Part shown: in pieces, positions 1-9,601 of the stretch
Numbering within the stretch: the stretch's first letter is position 1
How the letters are laid out: every line of letters starts with the position of its first letter
Virus record (IMG/VR): IMGVR_UViG_3300022666_000286
Coordinates: 1-52,835 of that record
DNA from: a virus
Taxonomy: Duplodnaviria; Caudoviricetes
Reading direction: 5' to 3' (one strand)
Length of the DNA stretch: 52,835 bases
Translations under genes and position numbers: made by a program
The notes under the pieces: generated by a model
Seen by the model: only the letters and a program-made list of their open reading frames with translations
Told to the model about the DNA's origin: nothing
Databases searched by the model: none

Positions 1-1435
1 TGGTCTGGCTCTTGGTGCTGGTCAGGTTGATGGTTTTGCTGGCCGCCGCCGTGGCGGTGGCTTCAAACGCATCGGTTCTAAAGCGCAACTGCGCCGACAC
101 CAGTCTTGTAATCCGGTCATCAAACTTCAACCGGGCGATGGCGCTGTTGGCCGGGCTAACGTTGTAGTTCCCCAGCCCCTCGGAGTAATAGCCGGCGTAG
201 GTCTGGGGATAGCCGTCAATCAGATTGGCCTCCTCAATCTGCGCCGTGATCAGGTCGGCAAACGAGGTGGGCCAGGCGTCAACCGTGCTGACTTGCAGCG
301 CCACGGTTTGCACCCCGTTGTCGTCGTACCGCAGGGTTGACTCCAGCACCGTCAGGTCGCGGTCAAGGTCGATAACAATGTAATCATCCACCACCCGGCG
401 GTATACCACCCGGATTTGCTGGCCGGGGTAAACGGCCCGGTGCAGCTTGGTTACCGCCAAATCATAGCTGACCTGGGGCTGGCAATATTTGCTGAGGTAC
501 TGGTACGCCGCCGTAAGCAAAGCGTTCCCCGCCGCTTCAATATCGGCCTCGGTGTTCGAGACCGGCCCGATGTCTTTCCAGCTCAGGTACGTTTCAATCT
601 TGCCGTACTCGGCAAACGCGGCGCTGGCGGTCAGGTTTGGCCCCTTGTCATTGGCTTTGTCAAGCGCATACCCCGCCGGCGCGGCCACCGTGGCGTCGGC
701 CAGGCTGGTGCGGGCGCCGGCGTTGCCGGTCCCGTAGGGGTGCAACCGCGTTACCAAATCGTAGCTGTCGCTTGTGGGCTTCAGCTCGGTAATCAGGCAG
801 ACATCGGCGTTTGTCTCCAGCGCCGGGTCGCCGCTGTTCTGGATGGCCCGCACCCCGCTGGCCGTGATGTCGCCCTGTAACCAGACCAGTTTTTTACCTT
901 CACCCAGCCGGAAGTGCTCGCCGTTGTTGTCGGCCACCGTAATCAACGCCTTCAGTACCGACTGGCCGGAAAAGCTGGCGTACACCTCCTCCGCCGTGGC
1001 GGCATACCCGTTTGTTGTGTCCAAACTCCAGCCGGTGGGCGCTTCGGCCATAAGCAGGGCCAGGGCGTCCGGGCTGGCGTAGCCGTTGCCGGCGGCATCC
1101 CGGGTCACAATTTCCAGGTAGCCCACCGAATTGTTGTTCAACTGCCGCAGCAGGTCGCTGCCGCTGACGCTGAGCGTCAGCCCAATCGCATCAACTTCAA
1201 TTTTGTCAATAACCCCGGCCCCAACGCATTTGGTTTGGCCGTTTTCCACGGTGTAGCACCACGCCTCGCGTTTGTTTTTGATGAGTTGGGCGCGGGGATC
1301 GGACAAGGGCATCTTGAACGAAAACGTGCCGGCTTTGTCCAGCCGGGCGGTGGTTTCCCAACTTTGCCCGGTCAGGATCGGCCCATCGCCGTATTTTGTC
1401 CCTGCCGCATCCTGAATATCAATCCAGATAGCCAT
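1..1435 (-). CDS. Tail tip / baseplate hub (Tal-like) protein, truncated by window edge
   Basis: Not in ORF track. ATG at 1435 overlaps the TAA of the Dit gene; frame reads MAIWIDIQDAAGTKYGDGPIL...DLVTRLHPYG... and stays open to base 1; follows Dit. Confidence 0.8.
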   Translation of the reverse strand, partial: MAIWIDIQDAAGTKYGDGPILTGQSWETTARLDKAGTFSFKMPLSDPRAQLIKNKREAWCYTVENGQTKCVGAGVIDKIEVDAIGLTLSVSGSDLLRQLNNNSVGYLEIVTRDAAGNGYASPDALALLMAEAPTGWSLDTTNGYAATAEEVYASFSGQSVLKALITVADNNGEHFRLGEGKKLVWLQGDITASGVRAIQNSGDPALETNADVCLITELKPTSDSYDLVTRLHPYGTGNAGARTSLADATVAAPAGYALDKANDKGPNLTASAAFAEYGKIETYLSWKDIGPVSNTEADIEAAGNALLTAAYQYLSKYCQPQVSYDLAVTKLHRAVYPGQQIRVVYRRVVDDYIVIDLDRDLTVLESTLRYDDNGVQTVALQVSTVDAWPTSFADLITAQIEEANLIDGYPQTYAGYYSEGLGNYNVSPANSAIARLKFDDRITRLVSAQLRFRTDAFEATATAAASKTINLTSTKSQT

Positions 1436-2226
1436 TAAGACCAGCCTCCATAAAAGCTGATTTGCCAGCCGCTCACCGGCAACTGGCCCGACGGCGTGAC
1501 GGTGATTTGTAACGAGGTCGTTCCCGGCTCCAGCCGCAGCCACTCCTCGATGGCGTGGCCACTGTTCCGGCTGAAATTGGCGTAGGCGTTTACCCCGTCT
1601 TTGGTGACGCTCTGCGCCCCGCAGTCAATTCTGAGCGCATTCGCCGCGTTCAACGCGCCGGTGTAGGTAAAGTCGCTCGCCCCGGCCACCACAAACCGCG
1701 CCGAGGTGAGCGACTTGCCGCCGGGCACGGTCAACTGGATGACCGGGTTGGTCACTCGCTCGGTGCCGGCATTGGTCAGGGTAACGGTCGTCGGGCTGGC
1801 GCTGACGGTCGGGGTCAACACCGTCTGGGTTTCGTCGTACCAGCACGGGCTTAAGACCTGAAAGGAAAAGTCATACTGCTGGCACAGAATATCGCCGGGT
1901 TTGCGCTCGCCGTCCATCTCCAGCAACCGGGCCAACACCCACTCGCGGGTACCATCGCCCCAGCGCCGCACCAGTTGGCCGCGTTTGCCCACCAAGGCGC
2001 GCCAGGTATTAACGTTGGCCCGCAACTGCGCCGGCGAATCGCCGGTGATCAATGCCTGTTTCTTGATGGTGGTAACGCCGGCGGCCAGGCGCTGGCTGCC
2101 GTCCGGGTCGAAGGGCCGCCCCTGAATATCCAGCACATTCGATTTACGGGGCAGCGCCCCAACCGGGTTGGTTGGGTTTTTGAACGGCAGCCTCACCCCA
2201 TCAAACTGGTATAAAACGTAGGACAT
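1435..2226 (-). CDS. Distal tail protein (Dit, Sipho_tail-like)
   Basis: Directly after TMP; SPCWYD, TLTNAGT..P, LRIDC, WLRLEPG motifs typical of Dit. Confidence 0.8.
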   Translation of the reverse strand: MSYVLYQFDGVRLPFKNPTNPVGALPRKSNVLDIQGRPFDPDGSQRLAAGVTTIKKQALITGDSPAQLRANVNTWRALVGKRGQLVRRWGDGTREWVLARLLEMDGERKPGDILCQQYDFSFQVLSPCWYDETQTVLTPTVSASPTTVTLTNAGTERVTNPVIQLTVPGGKSLTSARFVVAGASDFTYTGALNAANALRIDCGAQSVTKDGVNAYANFSRNSGHAIEEWLRLEPGTTSLQITVTPSGQLPVSGWQISFYGGWS

Positions 2227-5200
2227 TATCTCAATCCTTTGCTGCGCAGGGCATCCAGCACGCCTTCTTTTACCGCCGCGCCGGTATCCTGATTGCCGGC
2301 CCCGCCATACACCACAATGGCCCCGGCGGCAAACGATACTGGGTTTAACGCGCCGGCGCCGGCTGCCGCGCCGGCAAATTGCCCCCCAAGGTTGAACTGC
2401 GTAGCCAGATCGGGCATACTTTGAATCGCAGCGGTAATGCCGCGCAGGCCGCGCTCAAACGGGGTGGGGCTGCCCGGCGTTAAAACATCCGGCACCACCA
2501 GATTCATAAAGGCGCTACCGAGATCACCCAACCATTTAATCAGGTCGGTCACGGCAGCGATAATCCCCAGGATGCCTTCTTTGAACATCCGCACTTGATT
2601 GACCACCCCCATAAGCAAACCGGTCAGAACAAGCACGCCATCGCCCCAAGCCGCCATCAGAACAGCTACAACATTGATAACGAGAACAATTGCGTCCAAG
2701 AACCCTTTTAACATTCCCAGCACAACATTGAAGAACACAAACTTGGTCGTTCCCCCTTCAACCCCCAGGAATAATGCGCCAAACGTGTTCCATAATTGGG
2801 TTAACGCCGGTAACAACGCCGTATTCCAGACCTCAGCCATCGTCGTCCACAGGTTATTCAACGCTGGTAACAAGGCTTGCCAGAACTCGGTTAGCACCCC
2901 TTTCAAGCCGTCCCAATATGGCTGCAAGTAACTAAAAACGGTCTGCGTTGTTTGTTGAATCCCGCCCCAATTGTTGGCCCAGGCCGTGGCCAACAACAGC
3001 ACCAACCCGGCCAGCGCCGTCACCGGTGAAGCGATGGCCAAAAGCGCCGCCCCTACCACGCCTAAAATCGGCAGGACAATATTGGCATTATTGGCCAAAA
3101 ATGTGAACGCCTGGCTTAATACCGGCATCACCGCCTGCCCAATTTGCAACGCCCACAGCCCAAGCTGCTGTAAACCAAGCGTAAGCTGGCTGAAAGTATT
3201 CTCTATGATGCCGATAATCTCCGGGCTTATTCCCAAGGCCGCCAACAAGCCGGTGCTGCCAAATGAGCCGGAACGCGAACCAAAAAGACCACCAGCCTGA
3301 AAGGCGGCCTGTAGGGTTGCCAACTTATCCTCAATCTTGCCGAAGTATTCGCTCACAGGTGCAAGAAAAGCAATGATACCTTTTGCCATTTCGGCTAACT
3401 GCGCCGCCGGCCCGGTGCCCAAAGCCGCCACCCGGTCGTTTGCCTGCTGCTGAAGTGTAGCCATCTCTTGATTGGCTGAGTCGGTTAGTTGTTGGCGTTG
3501 TTTTTCGTAGGCCGCATTTTCGGCATCCAGCCGGGCCTGTAGATCGGCCAACTGCCGCTGATTGCTCTCTTTTACTTTGGCTTCTTCTGCCGCTTTTTCC
3601 GCCCCAATCTTCGCCAATTGTTTGGCGCGTTCTTCCTCTTCTTTCCCCAGCCGGTACTGTAGATCACTGACGGCCTGATCGTATTGCTGTTTAAGCCGGG
3701 CCTCGGCCTGAGCCGCCCGCTGGTTTTCCTTGTTTACCTGCGACTGGTATTCTTGCTCTTCCCTGGCTAACTTATCTTTAAGTTTCTGAACTTCCCGGTC
3801 GTATTTGGCCTGTAGTTTATCCTCTGCTTTTTTTGCTTCAGCCTGGTTTTTGTCATACTGCTTTTTGTACGCCGCATCTTCGGCGTCAAGCTTTGCTTGG
3901 ATAGCGGCTTTTTCTTCGTCAGTGGTAGCCTTGGCCAGGTCGGCTATCAACTTGGCCCGTTCCTCTTCATGCTTCTCAGTCAGAGAAGTTTGTTTTTCTT
4001 CAAGGCCATCTCTTATGCCTTGCTTGCTTTCTTCAAGCGCCAGGGTTTTGTCCTGAATCTGTTCGTTGATAGCTCGCCTTTTTTCGGCAAAAGCTTTTTC
4101 CAAATCAACTAACTTTTCCTGGCGCTGTTGCTCGTTTTGGGCTAATTGCTCGCCCAGCCGGTCCTTGGCCTCGGCCAGAGACCGTTCAATATCCTGCCGG
4201 GCTTGGTTAAATCTGTCTTCAACCGCCAGGGTTTTTTCGGCGTATTTTTGGGCTATTTCGGCTAACTGCTCTCCGGTTTTTTGGGCCAAAACCTGAATCT
4301 GATTGTTGATTTTGTTCAGGGTTACTTCATGGTGAGCAGCCAATTCCTCTAACGAACTTTTTAATTTGTCCTTAACGCCGTCAATCGCCACCCCGACTTC
4401 ATTCATAATTGCGCCGGCAGACAGCCCTAAAAACTCATCCCGCAGTTGCACCAGAAAGCCGCTAACCTGCTGCAACCCGCTGGCCAGGCTTTCTACAAAA
4501 CTGTTAACTCCATCAGTTAATGAAACTGACAACAGGCTTTCTACTAACCTCAGCCCGTTTTCCAGCACACTGGCAAATCCACTCACCGCCCTTGAAGCAG
4601 CGTCAGAACTGAGTATTTCCAGTAATCCTTCCAGGCCGGCCTTAACCCGGTCAAAAATCGGCTGGCCCATTTCCCTGATAGCGTTACTGACCCAATCCGA
4701 TAGGGTGGATGACATCCCGTCAAAGGTTTTGGATTGGATATCCATCATTCCGCCAAATCGCTCCTGAGTAATACTCAGCAACGTATCCAGGGCATCTTTG
4801 GCGGGAGTAATCATCTCGCCGGATTTGCTGAATTCCACCCCCATCCCGGCCAGTTCTTCTTTTGTCACCAGGCCCAGCTCTTGCATCCGCTGAATGGCCT
4901 CACCGGTTGCCCCGGCGTTAAATCTGCCCAGTATTCCGGCCATTTCATCGTATTTAACGCCTACCCCGGCGGCCATATCGCCCACCAGGGTTTGGATGTC
5001 TACCCCCATACTTTTAAAATGTTCGGTTGCCGCCGGAGCCGTCAGGCCAAACGTCTCCATAATTTTGGCGGCTTGAACCACTTCCGGCAGTTCAAATGGC
5101 GTCCTGTTGGCAAATTCGGCCAATTCTCCCATGCGCTGCCTGGCTAGTTCGGTACTGCCCAGCAATACCCCAAATTGTTGGTTGTAGGTCTCAAAAGCGG

Positions 5201-5426
5201 CATTGCCGCCGAGTACCCCTTCGGTCAGGTTCCCAAACGAACTTACCAGTCCGTTAATCCCGGCGTTGATTGCGCCGCCAATGGCGAAGCTCAGCCCGGT
5301 TTGCAGCATCCCGCCCAGGCTACTCACCCAGGATTTGGTTTGGGCTTCAGCCGATTTTAAGCCGCTCTTGAGTTGGCTGTCATCAGATGCGATTTTTACA
5401 AAAACGTCGCCTAAAGTTAATGACAC
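2226..5426 (-). CDS. Tape measure protein
   Basis: 1066 aa; FANRTPFELPEV tape-measure motif, long coiled coil, hydrophobic W-periodic C-terminal half. Confidence 0.93.
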   Translation of the reverse strand: MSLTLGDVFVKIASDDSQLKSGLKSAEAQTKSWVSSLGGMLQTGLSFAIGGAINAGINGLVSSFGNLTEGVLGGNAAFETYNQQFGVLLGSTELARQRMGELAEFANRTPFELPEVVQAAKIMETFGLTAPAATEHFKSMGVDIQTLVGDMAAGVGVKYDEMAGILGRFNAGATGEAIQRMQELGLVTKEELAGMGVEFSKSGEMITPAKDALDTLLSITQERFGGMMDIQSKTFDGMSSTLSDWVSNAIREMGQPIFDRVKAGLEGLLEILSSDAASRAVSGFASVLENGLRLVESLLSVSLTDGVNSFVESLASGLQQVSGFLVQLRDEFLGLSAGAIMNEVGVAIDGVKDKLKSSLEELAAHHEVTLNKINNQIQVLAQKTGEQLAEIAQKYAEKTLAVEDRFNQARQDIERSLAEAKDRLGEQLAQNEQQRQEKLVDLEKAFAEKRRAINEQIQDKTLALEESKQGIRDGLEEKQTSLTEKHEEERAKLIADLAKATTDEEKAAIQAKLDAEDAAYKKQYDKNQAEAKKAEDKLQAKYDREVQKLKDKLAREEQEYQSQVNKENQRAAQAEARLKQQYDQAVSDLQYRLGKEEEERAKQLAKIGAEKAAEEAKVKESNQRQLADLQARLDAENAAYEKQRQQLTDSANQEMATLQQQANDRVAALGTGPAAQLAEMAKGIIAFLAPVSEYFGKIEDKLATLQAAFQAGGLFGSRSGSFGSTGLLAALGISPEIIGIIENTFSQLTLGLQQLGLWALQIGQAVMPVLSQAFTFLANNANIVLPILGVVGAALLAIASPVTALAGLVLLLATAWANNWGGIQQTTQTVFSYLQPYWDGLKGVLTEFWQALLPALNNLWTTMAEVWNTALLPALTQLWNTFGALFLGVEGGTTKFVFFNVVLGMLKGFLDAIVLVINVVAVLMAAWGDGVLVLTGLLMGVVNQVRMFKEGILGIIAAVTDLIKWLGDLGSAFMNLVVPDVLTPGSPTPFERGLRGITAAIQSMPDLATQFNLGGQFAGAAAGAGALNPVSFAAGAIVVYGGAGNQDTGAAVKEGVLDALRSKGLR

Positions 5427-5434
5427 AATTCCAC

Positions 5435-5860
5435 CTAAATCTTCTCAATGAGTTCCCCGGCGCTGCCTATCACTTGCTCTGCCGCCCGGTAAAGCGGCGC
5501 GTGATCTATCTCCAGGTAAATCGCATACTCCGCGCCGATAACCACCACCGCCGCCGCATCGGAGGGCATATCCATTTTGCCGGCAATCCGGCGTTCAACC
5601 ATTTGCCCCTCCCGATTCTTGTAGCTCCCGCTGTCATCCGTTTGCCCGTAGCTGTCCCCCCTCGGCGTAACCACGTACACGCTGTTCAGGTAAAAGCCGG
5701 TGTCTATCAGGCCGGTATGCCCGGCGCTGGGAGTCTGGTTGATGTTTACCTTTGTTTGGGCTTCAATTGCATACGCTATCGCTTCAATGAGGTCTTCCGT
5801 CGCGTCTTTAATCGCCCCCAGCACTTTGCCATCGTGCCAACGTATCTCACCCTTTGCCAT
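5435..5860 (-). CDS. HK97 gp10-like tail-completion protein (second copy)
   Basis: IDTGFYLNS and AEYAIYLE motifs; likely start MAKGEIRW at 5860. Confidence 0.7.
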   Translation of the reverse strand: MAKGEIRWHDGKVLGAIKDATEDLIEAIAYAIEAQTKVNINQTPSAGHTGLIDTGFYLNSVYVVTPRGDSYGQTDDSGSYKNREGQMVERRIAGKMDMPSDAAAVVVIGAEYAIYLEIDHAPLYRAAEQVIGSAGELIEKI

Positions 5861-5886
5861 TGTTGCTCCCAAATTTCCGGTTACGC

Positions 5887-5927
5887 TTGACAAAAATCAT
5901 TCCAATCTGTACAGTATCCCTGTACAG
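5887..5927 (+). promoter_or_regulatory. TA promoter with twin TGTACA operator palindromes
   Basis: TTGACA(5887)-N17-TACAGT(5910); CTGTACAG at 5907 and 5920; TGTACA is the known YefM-family operator core. Confidence 0.8.
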
Positions 5928-5940
5928 AAAGGGGATTGCA

Positions 5941-6228
5941 ATGACCATTCAAACCACTTATACCCAGGCCCGGGCCAACCTGGCCAAACTGTTCGAGCAG
6001 GTTACCGCTGACCGCGAGGTTGTTATCATCCACCGCCGCCAGGGCGAGGATGTGGCCCTGGTCGCCGCCGATGAACTCTCCGGCCTGCTGGAAACGGCCC
6101 ACCTGCTGCGCTCCCCGGCCAACGCCCGGCGGCTGCTCACCGCCCTGGCCCGCGTCCCGGAACAAACCCTCCCCGCTCAAACCATTGCCGAGTTGCGCCG
6201 GGAGGTTGGCCTTGACCCCGCCGAGTGA
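5941..6228 (+). CDS. yefM: YefM/Phd family antitoxin
   Basis: MTIQTTYTQARANLAKLFEQV...ETAHLLRSPANARRL; RBS AAGGGG. Confidence 0.92.
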   Translation: MTIQTTYTQARANLAKLFEQVTADREVVIIHRRQGEDVALVAADELSGLLETAHLLRSPANARRLLTALARVPEQTLPAQTIAELRREVGLDPAE

Positions 6229-6487
6229 GTCGCCGGTCGCCGTTTTCCACCCGGAATTCAGGGAGGATTTGCGCTACTGGGTTGAGACTGACCGCAAAAC
6301 CGCGCTCCGTATCCTTGATTTGATCGAAGCCATTCTCCGCAACCCGGTGAGCGGCATCGGCAAGCCGGAACCGCTCAAATACCTGGGCGCAGGGGTGTGG
6401 TCGCGCCGCATCACCCAGGAACACCGGCTGGTGTATGTGGTCAGCGCCACCCGGATTGATTTTCTGCAAGCCCGTTACCATTACTAA
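6212..6487 (+). CDS. yoeB: YoeB/Txe family toxin
   Basis: GIGKPEPLK...WSRRITQEHRLVY...ARYHY; in-frame TTG at 6212 preceded by GGAGG. Confidence 0.92.
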   Translation: MTPPSESPVAVFHPEFREDLRYWVETDRKTALRILDLIEAILRNPVSGIGKPEPLKYLGAGVWSRRITQEHRLVYVVSATRIDFLQARYHY

Positions 6488-6498
6488 AAGGGGGCTGA

Positions 6499-6756
6499 TC
6501 ACTCCGCCCCCAATAACCCCAACATTTCCGCCGTGCTGATTTCTCGCGGCTCCTGGCCACCCCACCACATCCGGCCCACCTCAGCCGCCAGCAGCCTGGC
6601 CTCAAACCGTTTGCGGCGCACATACGCCGCCAGCAGCGCCAGCCGGTCAACCTCATCCAATTCTGCCGCCGGCCATTCGGCCAGGGCCAGTTCGTCCAGG
6701 TCAAACGGGCCGCTTAACCATTCCCGCGCAAGGCCGCCAGCAGTTGGCCAAAAGGG
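6499..6756 (-). CDS. C-terminal part of frameshifted tail assembly chaperone (gpGT-like)
   Basis: Slippery heptamer C-CCT-TTT at 6756-6750 in the TAC frame; -1 frame open (FWPTAGGLAREWLSGPFDLDELALAEW...LLGAE) to TGA at 6499. Confidence 0.75.
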   Translation of the reverse strand, partial: PFWPTAGGLAREWLSGPFDLDELALAEWPAAELDEVDRLALLAAYVRRKRFEARLLAAEVGRMWWGGQEPREISTAEMLGLLGAE

Positions 6757-7094
6757 TAGGCCAGGCGCAGCACCTCGGTAAATGCAGCCATCACCTCGGC
6801 GTCCGTGGCCGTGGCCTCAATCGCTTCGATGTCCGCCTTCAGGCCGGGCGCGTAGGCCAGCAGCAGTTCAAAAATCAAATCCGGGGCCAGCACCAGCCGG
6901 TTGCTCAGGGTTTCCAGCAGCGCCGCAATATCAGCGCCGTTGGTTATTTGAATCGCCCCGGCTCCCTTCAGCGCCGCCGTCACTTCGGCCAGCGGCCCGT
7001 TAAGCTGCTGCCGCCAGGCCCGGCTCTCCCGCAGCGCCAGCGGCTTGATCTCATAGTCCACGCCGCCCAACGAAATTTTTACCGGTTGCTGCAT
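6714..7094 (-). CDS. Tail assembly chaperone (gpG-like)
   Basis: Follows major tail gene; ISLGGVDYEIKPL N-terminus; slippery site near 3' end. Confidence 0.8.
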   Translation of the reverse strand: MQQPVKISLGGVDYEIKPLALRESRAWRQQLNGPLAEVTAALKGAGAIQITNGADIAALLETLSNRLVLAPDLIFELLLAYAPGLKADIEAIEATATDAEVMAAFTEVLRLAYPFGQLLAALRGNG

Positions 7095-7119
7095 ATTCTG
7101 ATCCTTTCCTGCCCCCCGG

Positions 7120-7722
7120 TTACAGCGCCGGCGCGGTTACCCGCTGCCAGCGGATTACCCGGCCATTGTTAGCGGAATCGCCAAACCCTTTGATCTGGAT
7201 TGGCAGCGTCACATACCCGTCACCCTTCCGGCTGTATTCGATTTCGCCGTTTTTCTTGAACGAAGCTATCGGCACCAGGCAACGCTGCGGCAGCGCGTTA
7301 CTGGCGGTATCGTACCGAATCCCCTCCAGCCCCACCGCATATTGCGTTACCCGCGCCACCCCGCCAATATCAAGCTGTTCGTACCCGGCCGCGCCCGACC
7401 CGGCGGCCACCGTTGTGACCGTGCCGCCGGTCAGCAGTTGCAGGTAATCCGCAATCACCTCGGCCAGCACCGTTTCCAGCGTGACCGTTTCCTTGGTGCG
7501 CCAATCCTCCAGCGCCGCCAACTGCTCCTCAACCTCCACGTCCATCCGCTCGTCTTCGTAGGTCAACTTCAACGCTTCGGCGGTAAAGCCCACCCGCGCC
7601 CACGGCGAGGGCCAGGCGGCCCCGGCTCCCAACGTGGTGATTGGCGGCAGCGCCGTGCCCAACGGCGCGTACCACAACACTGCGCCGCTCTTCATAATAT
7701 TTGCCCGTACCGGAACTCCCAT
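7120..7722 (-). CDS. Major tail (tube) protein
   Basis: WARVGFT...LTYE, ETVLAE motifs; position; GGAGG RBS before ATG 7722. Confidence 0.8.
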   Translation of the reverse strand: MGVPVRANIMKSGAVLWYAPLGTALPPITTLGAGAAWPSPWARVGFTAEALKLTYEDERMDVEVEEQLAALEDWRTKETVTLETVLAEVIADYLQLLTGGTVTTVAAGSGAAGYEQLDIGGVARVTQYAVGLEGIRYDTASNALPQRCLVPIASFKKNGEIEYSRKGDGYVTLPIQIKGFGDSANNGRVIRWQRVTAPAL

Positions 7723-7734
7723 CACTACCTCCAC

Positions 7735-8121
7735 TCAATTGATGATTTGAAACTTAAAGAACGCCAACACATACGGCCAGCCGGTGTCCGGCTCATACAG
7801 CGTTTGCCCCTGGGTTTCCAGCTCGGCAGCCAGGATCAGCCCCGTCCCGGCGCGGCTTAACCCGTCAAACAGCGCCCGGTACACCTGGTTGGCCGCCAAC
7901 TCGGACGGCCCGTAACACTTGAACTGAACCGATGGCCGCAGCACCACCGCCTCGTAATCCAGCCCCCCGCCCCGGCGCTTGAAACAGATGGCCGGGCCGG
8001 CGCTCAGGGCGTACCCTTCCGGCGGCGTGTCCCGTTCGGCCCAAAGCCGCTGGCCGGTCAGAGCGGTCAACAACGGCTGAATTATCAAAAATGCCCGGAT
8101 GACTTCGGAAGTGTCAATCAT
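7735..8121 (-). CDS. Tail terminator protein (DUF3168-like)
   Basis: 128 aa, RPSVQFKCYG motif, precedes major tail gene. Confidence 0.7.
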   Translation of the reverse strand: MIDTSEVIRAFLIIQPLLTALTGQRLWAERDTPPEGYALSAGPAICFKRRGGGLDYEAVVLRPSVQFKCYGPSELAANQVYRALFDGLSRAGTGLILAAELETQGQTLYEPDTGWPYVLAFFKFQIIN

Positions 8122-8126
8122 TTACA

Positions 8127-8152
8127 GGCCACCCAATAACTATTGTTTGCCC
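8127..8152. repeat. dif/lox-like site 1 (GGCCACCCAA-TAACTA-TTGTTTGCCC)
   Basis: Member of a 7-copy arm-6-arm family; intergenic. Confidence 0.7.
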
Positions 8153-8547
8153 TAAATTGTCTTGAGCAGGCCGGCCAGTTCCGCCGCCGTCTCTTCCGCC
8201 GCTTTGTACAAAAACGACTGCCGCGCTTCCTGGTAGCTGCTGTACTCCATCCCGGCAGCTACCGCGGCGGCATCATTGCTGCCCAACTCCACCGCCGGAG
8301 CCATTCGCCCTTTGGGATTACAGGCTGCGGCGGCGGCCTTGGCCGCGCCGTAATTGCCGCCGTCGGGCAAGACCACGTAAATCCCATTCAGCATGGCCCC
8401 GGTATCCACCTGGTCATTCGCCACTATGTTGGCCCTGGCCCGCTCCTCAATGCGATGGGCTACGACGGCAATGGTTTCCCGCGTGGCCGCCCGAAGCTCA
8501 ACCAATACGTTGCCGGTATAGAAATTAACCTTCCCGTTCAGGCTCAT
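8152..8547 (-). CDS. HK97 gp10-like tail-completion protein
   Basis: VDTGAMLNGI, EYSSYQE, FLYKA motifs; canonical position. Confidence 0.75.
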   Translation of the reverse strand: MSLNGKVNFYTGNVLVELRAATRETIAVVAHRIEERARANIVANDQVDTGAMLNGIYVVLPDGGNYGAAKAAAAACNPKGRMAPAVELGSNDAAAVAAGMEYSSYQEARQSFLYKAAEETAAELAGLLKTI

Positions 8548-8731
8548 TTCCGGTTGTTTCCAGCGTCTCCGCTACCGCGGCCAGCGCGTCGGCCATCGCC
8601 TCGTTTTGCTGCCGCAGCCGCGCCGCCGGATCGCCGCTCTGCACCATCAGCGCCTCCAGGTACACCGGGTTCAGCCCCAGCATCCTGGTTAGTTTTTCCA
8701 CCGCCACCACCGCTTTTGGTAATGCGTCCAT
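8525..8731 (-). CDS. Small hypothetical protein
   Basis: 68 aa, start overlaps upstream stop; helical sequence more plausible than the alternative frame 8544..8738. Confidence 0.5.
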   Translation of the reverse strand: MDALPKAVVAVEKLTRMLGLNPVYLEALMVQSGDPAARLRQQNEAMADALAAVAETLETTGNEPEREG

Positions 8732-9081
8732 CAGTCACCCGCCACCGAAAAAATACCCACCGAAACCCCGGTCACCGCCGAGTAATCCAGGTATACCGAC
8801 CCCGGATCGGCGGCCACCTGGTTGTACTGCGCCGCCGGAAACGGCCCGATCATCTTTTCCCCGGTGGTGGCCCCCACCGTTACCGCGCGCCCGCTCACCG
8901 CCTGGCCGTCCACCGTCAGCGGGATTTGCGCGGTGACGGTAATGGCCGCCCCGGTGTTTTTGATATGAACAAAACTGCGCCCGTCGTTTGAAAACGAGTT
9001 ACCGCTTGAATTAGCCGCCGTGTATTGGGGCGTTACGCCCGCCCGGCTCAACGGTTGCACCGACAATGCTGTTCGCGCCAT
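8731..9081 (-). CDS. Putative beta-rich virion (decoration-type) protein
   Basis: Ala/Thr/Gly-rich, NDGRSFVHIKN...IGPF, within structural operon. Confidence 0.5.
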   Translation of the reverse strand: MARTALSVQPLSRAGVTPQYTAANSSGNSFSNDGRSFVHIKNTGAAITVTAQIPLTVDGQAVSGRAVTVGATTGEKMIGPFPAAQYNQVAADPGSVYLDYSAVTGVSVGIFSVAGD

Positions 9082-9083
9082 AA

Positions 9084-9599
9084 CTAACTGCTCCTTTGTA
9101 GTTCCTGCTCCAAATCTTCAATTTCCAACCGGATGTGCGCCGGCGTTTCCAGCCCCATCAGGGCGGCCTGCTCTTTCAGGCGATTGAGCCGCCGCTGTTT
9201 TTTAAGGATAACTTCCGGCGGCGTTGTCGCTGCCGGTTGGCGGTTGCAGGCCAGTTCGATCACCCGCGCCGCCAGCAATTCAAAGTCAAACGGTTTGATA
9301 AACACGTCATCCGCGCCGGCTTGCCGCAGGCATTCGCCCAGGCCGGGTTCAGCGTACCCGGTAATGGCGATAATCGGGGTGGCGGGGTCAAACTTCCGAA
9401 TCCGCCGGATGACCTCCACCCCGTTGATGCCCGGCAACCGCACGTCAATCAGCATCACCTCAAACGGCTGCTCCCGCGCCGCCCGCACCGCCTGCCGCCC
9501 ATCCAGGGCGTAGACAAAACTAAACCCGTTGTACTCTTTCAAAATGGTGGCAATAGTTGCCGCAATCTGGTCGTCGGCGATTAAAATTTTGATGTCCAT
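9084..9599 (-). CDS. Response regulator receiver (REC) protein with short C-terminal helical hairpin
   Basis: LIADD, phosphoacceptor IDVRLPG, IAITG, FIKPF all present. Confidence 0.9.
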   Translation of the reverse strand: MDIKILIADDQIAATIATILKEYNGFSFVYALDGRQAVRAAREQPFEVMLIDVRLPGINGVEVIRRIRKFDPATPIIAITGYAEPGLGECLRQAGADDVFIKPFDFELLAARVIELACNRQPAATTPPEVILKKQRRLNRLKEQAALMGLETPAHIRLEIEDLEQELQRSS

Positions 9600-9601
9600 C
9601 G

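Noticed and set aside
6441-6704. 87-aa ORF after the tail chaperone
   Set aside because: Trp/Arg-rich wrong frame; the -1 frame ending at 6499 fits the slippery site
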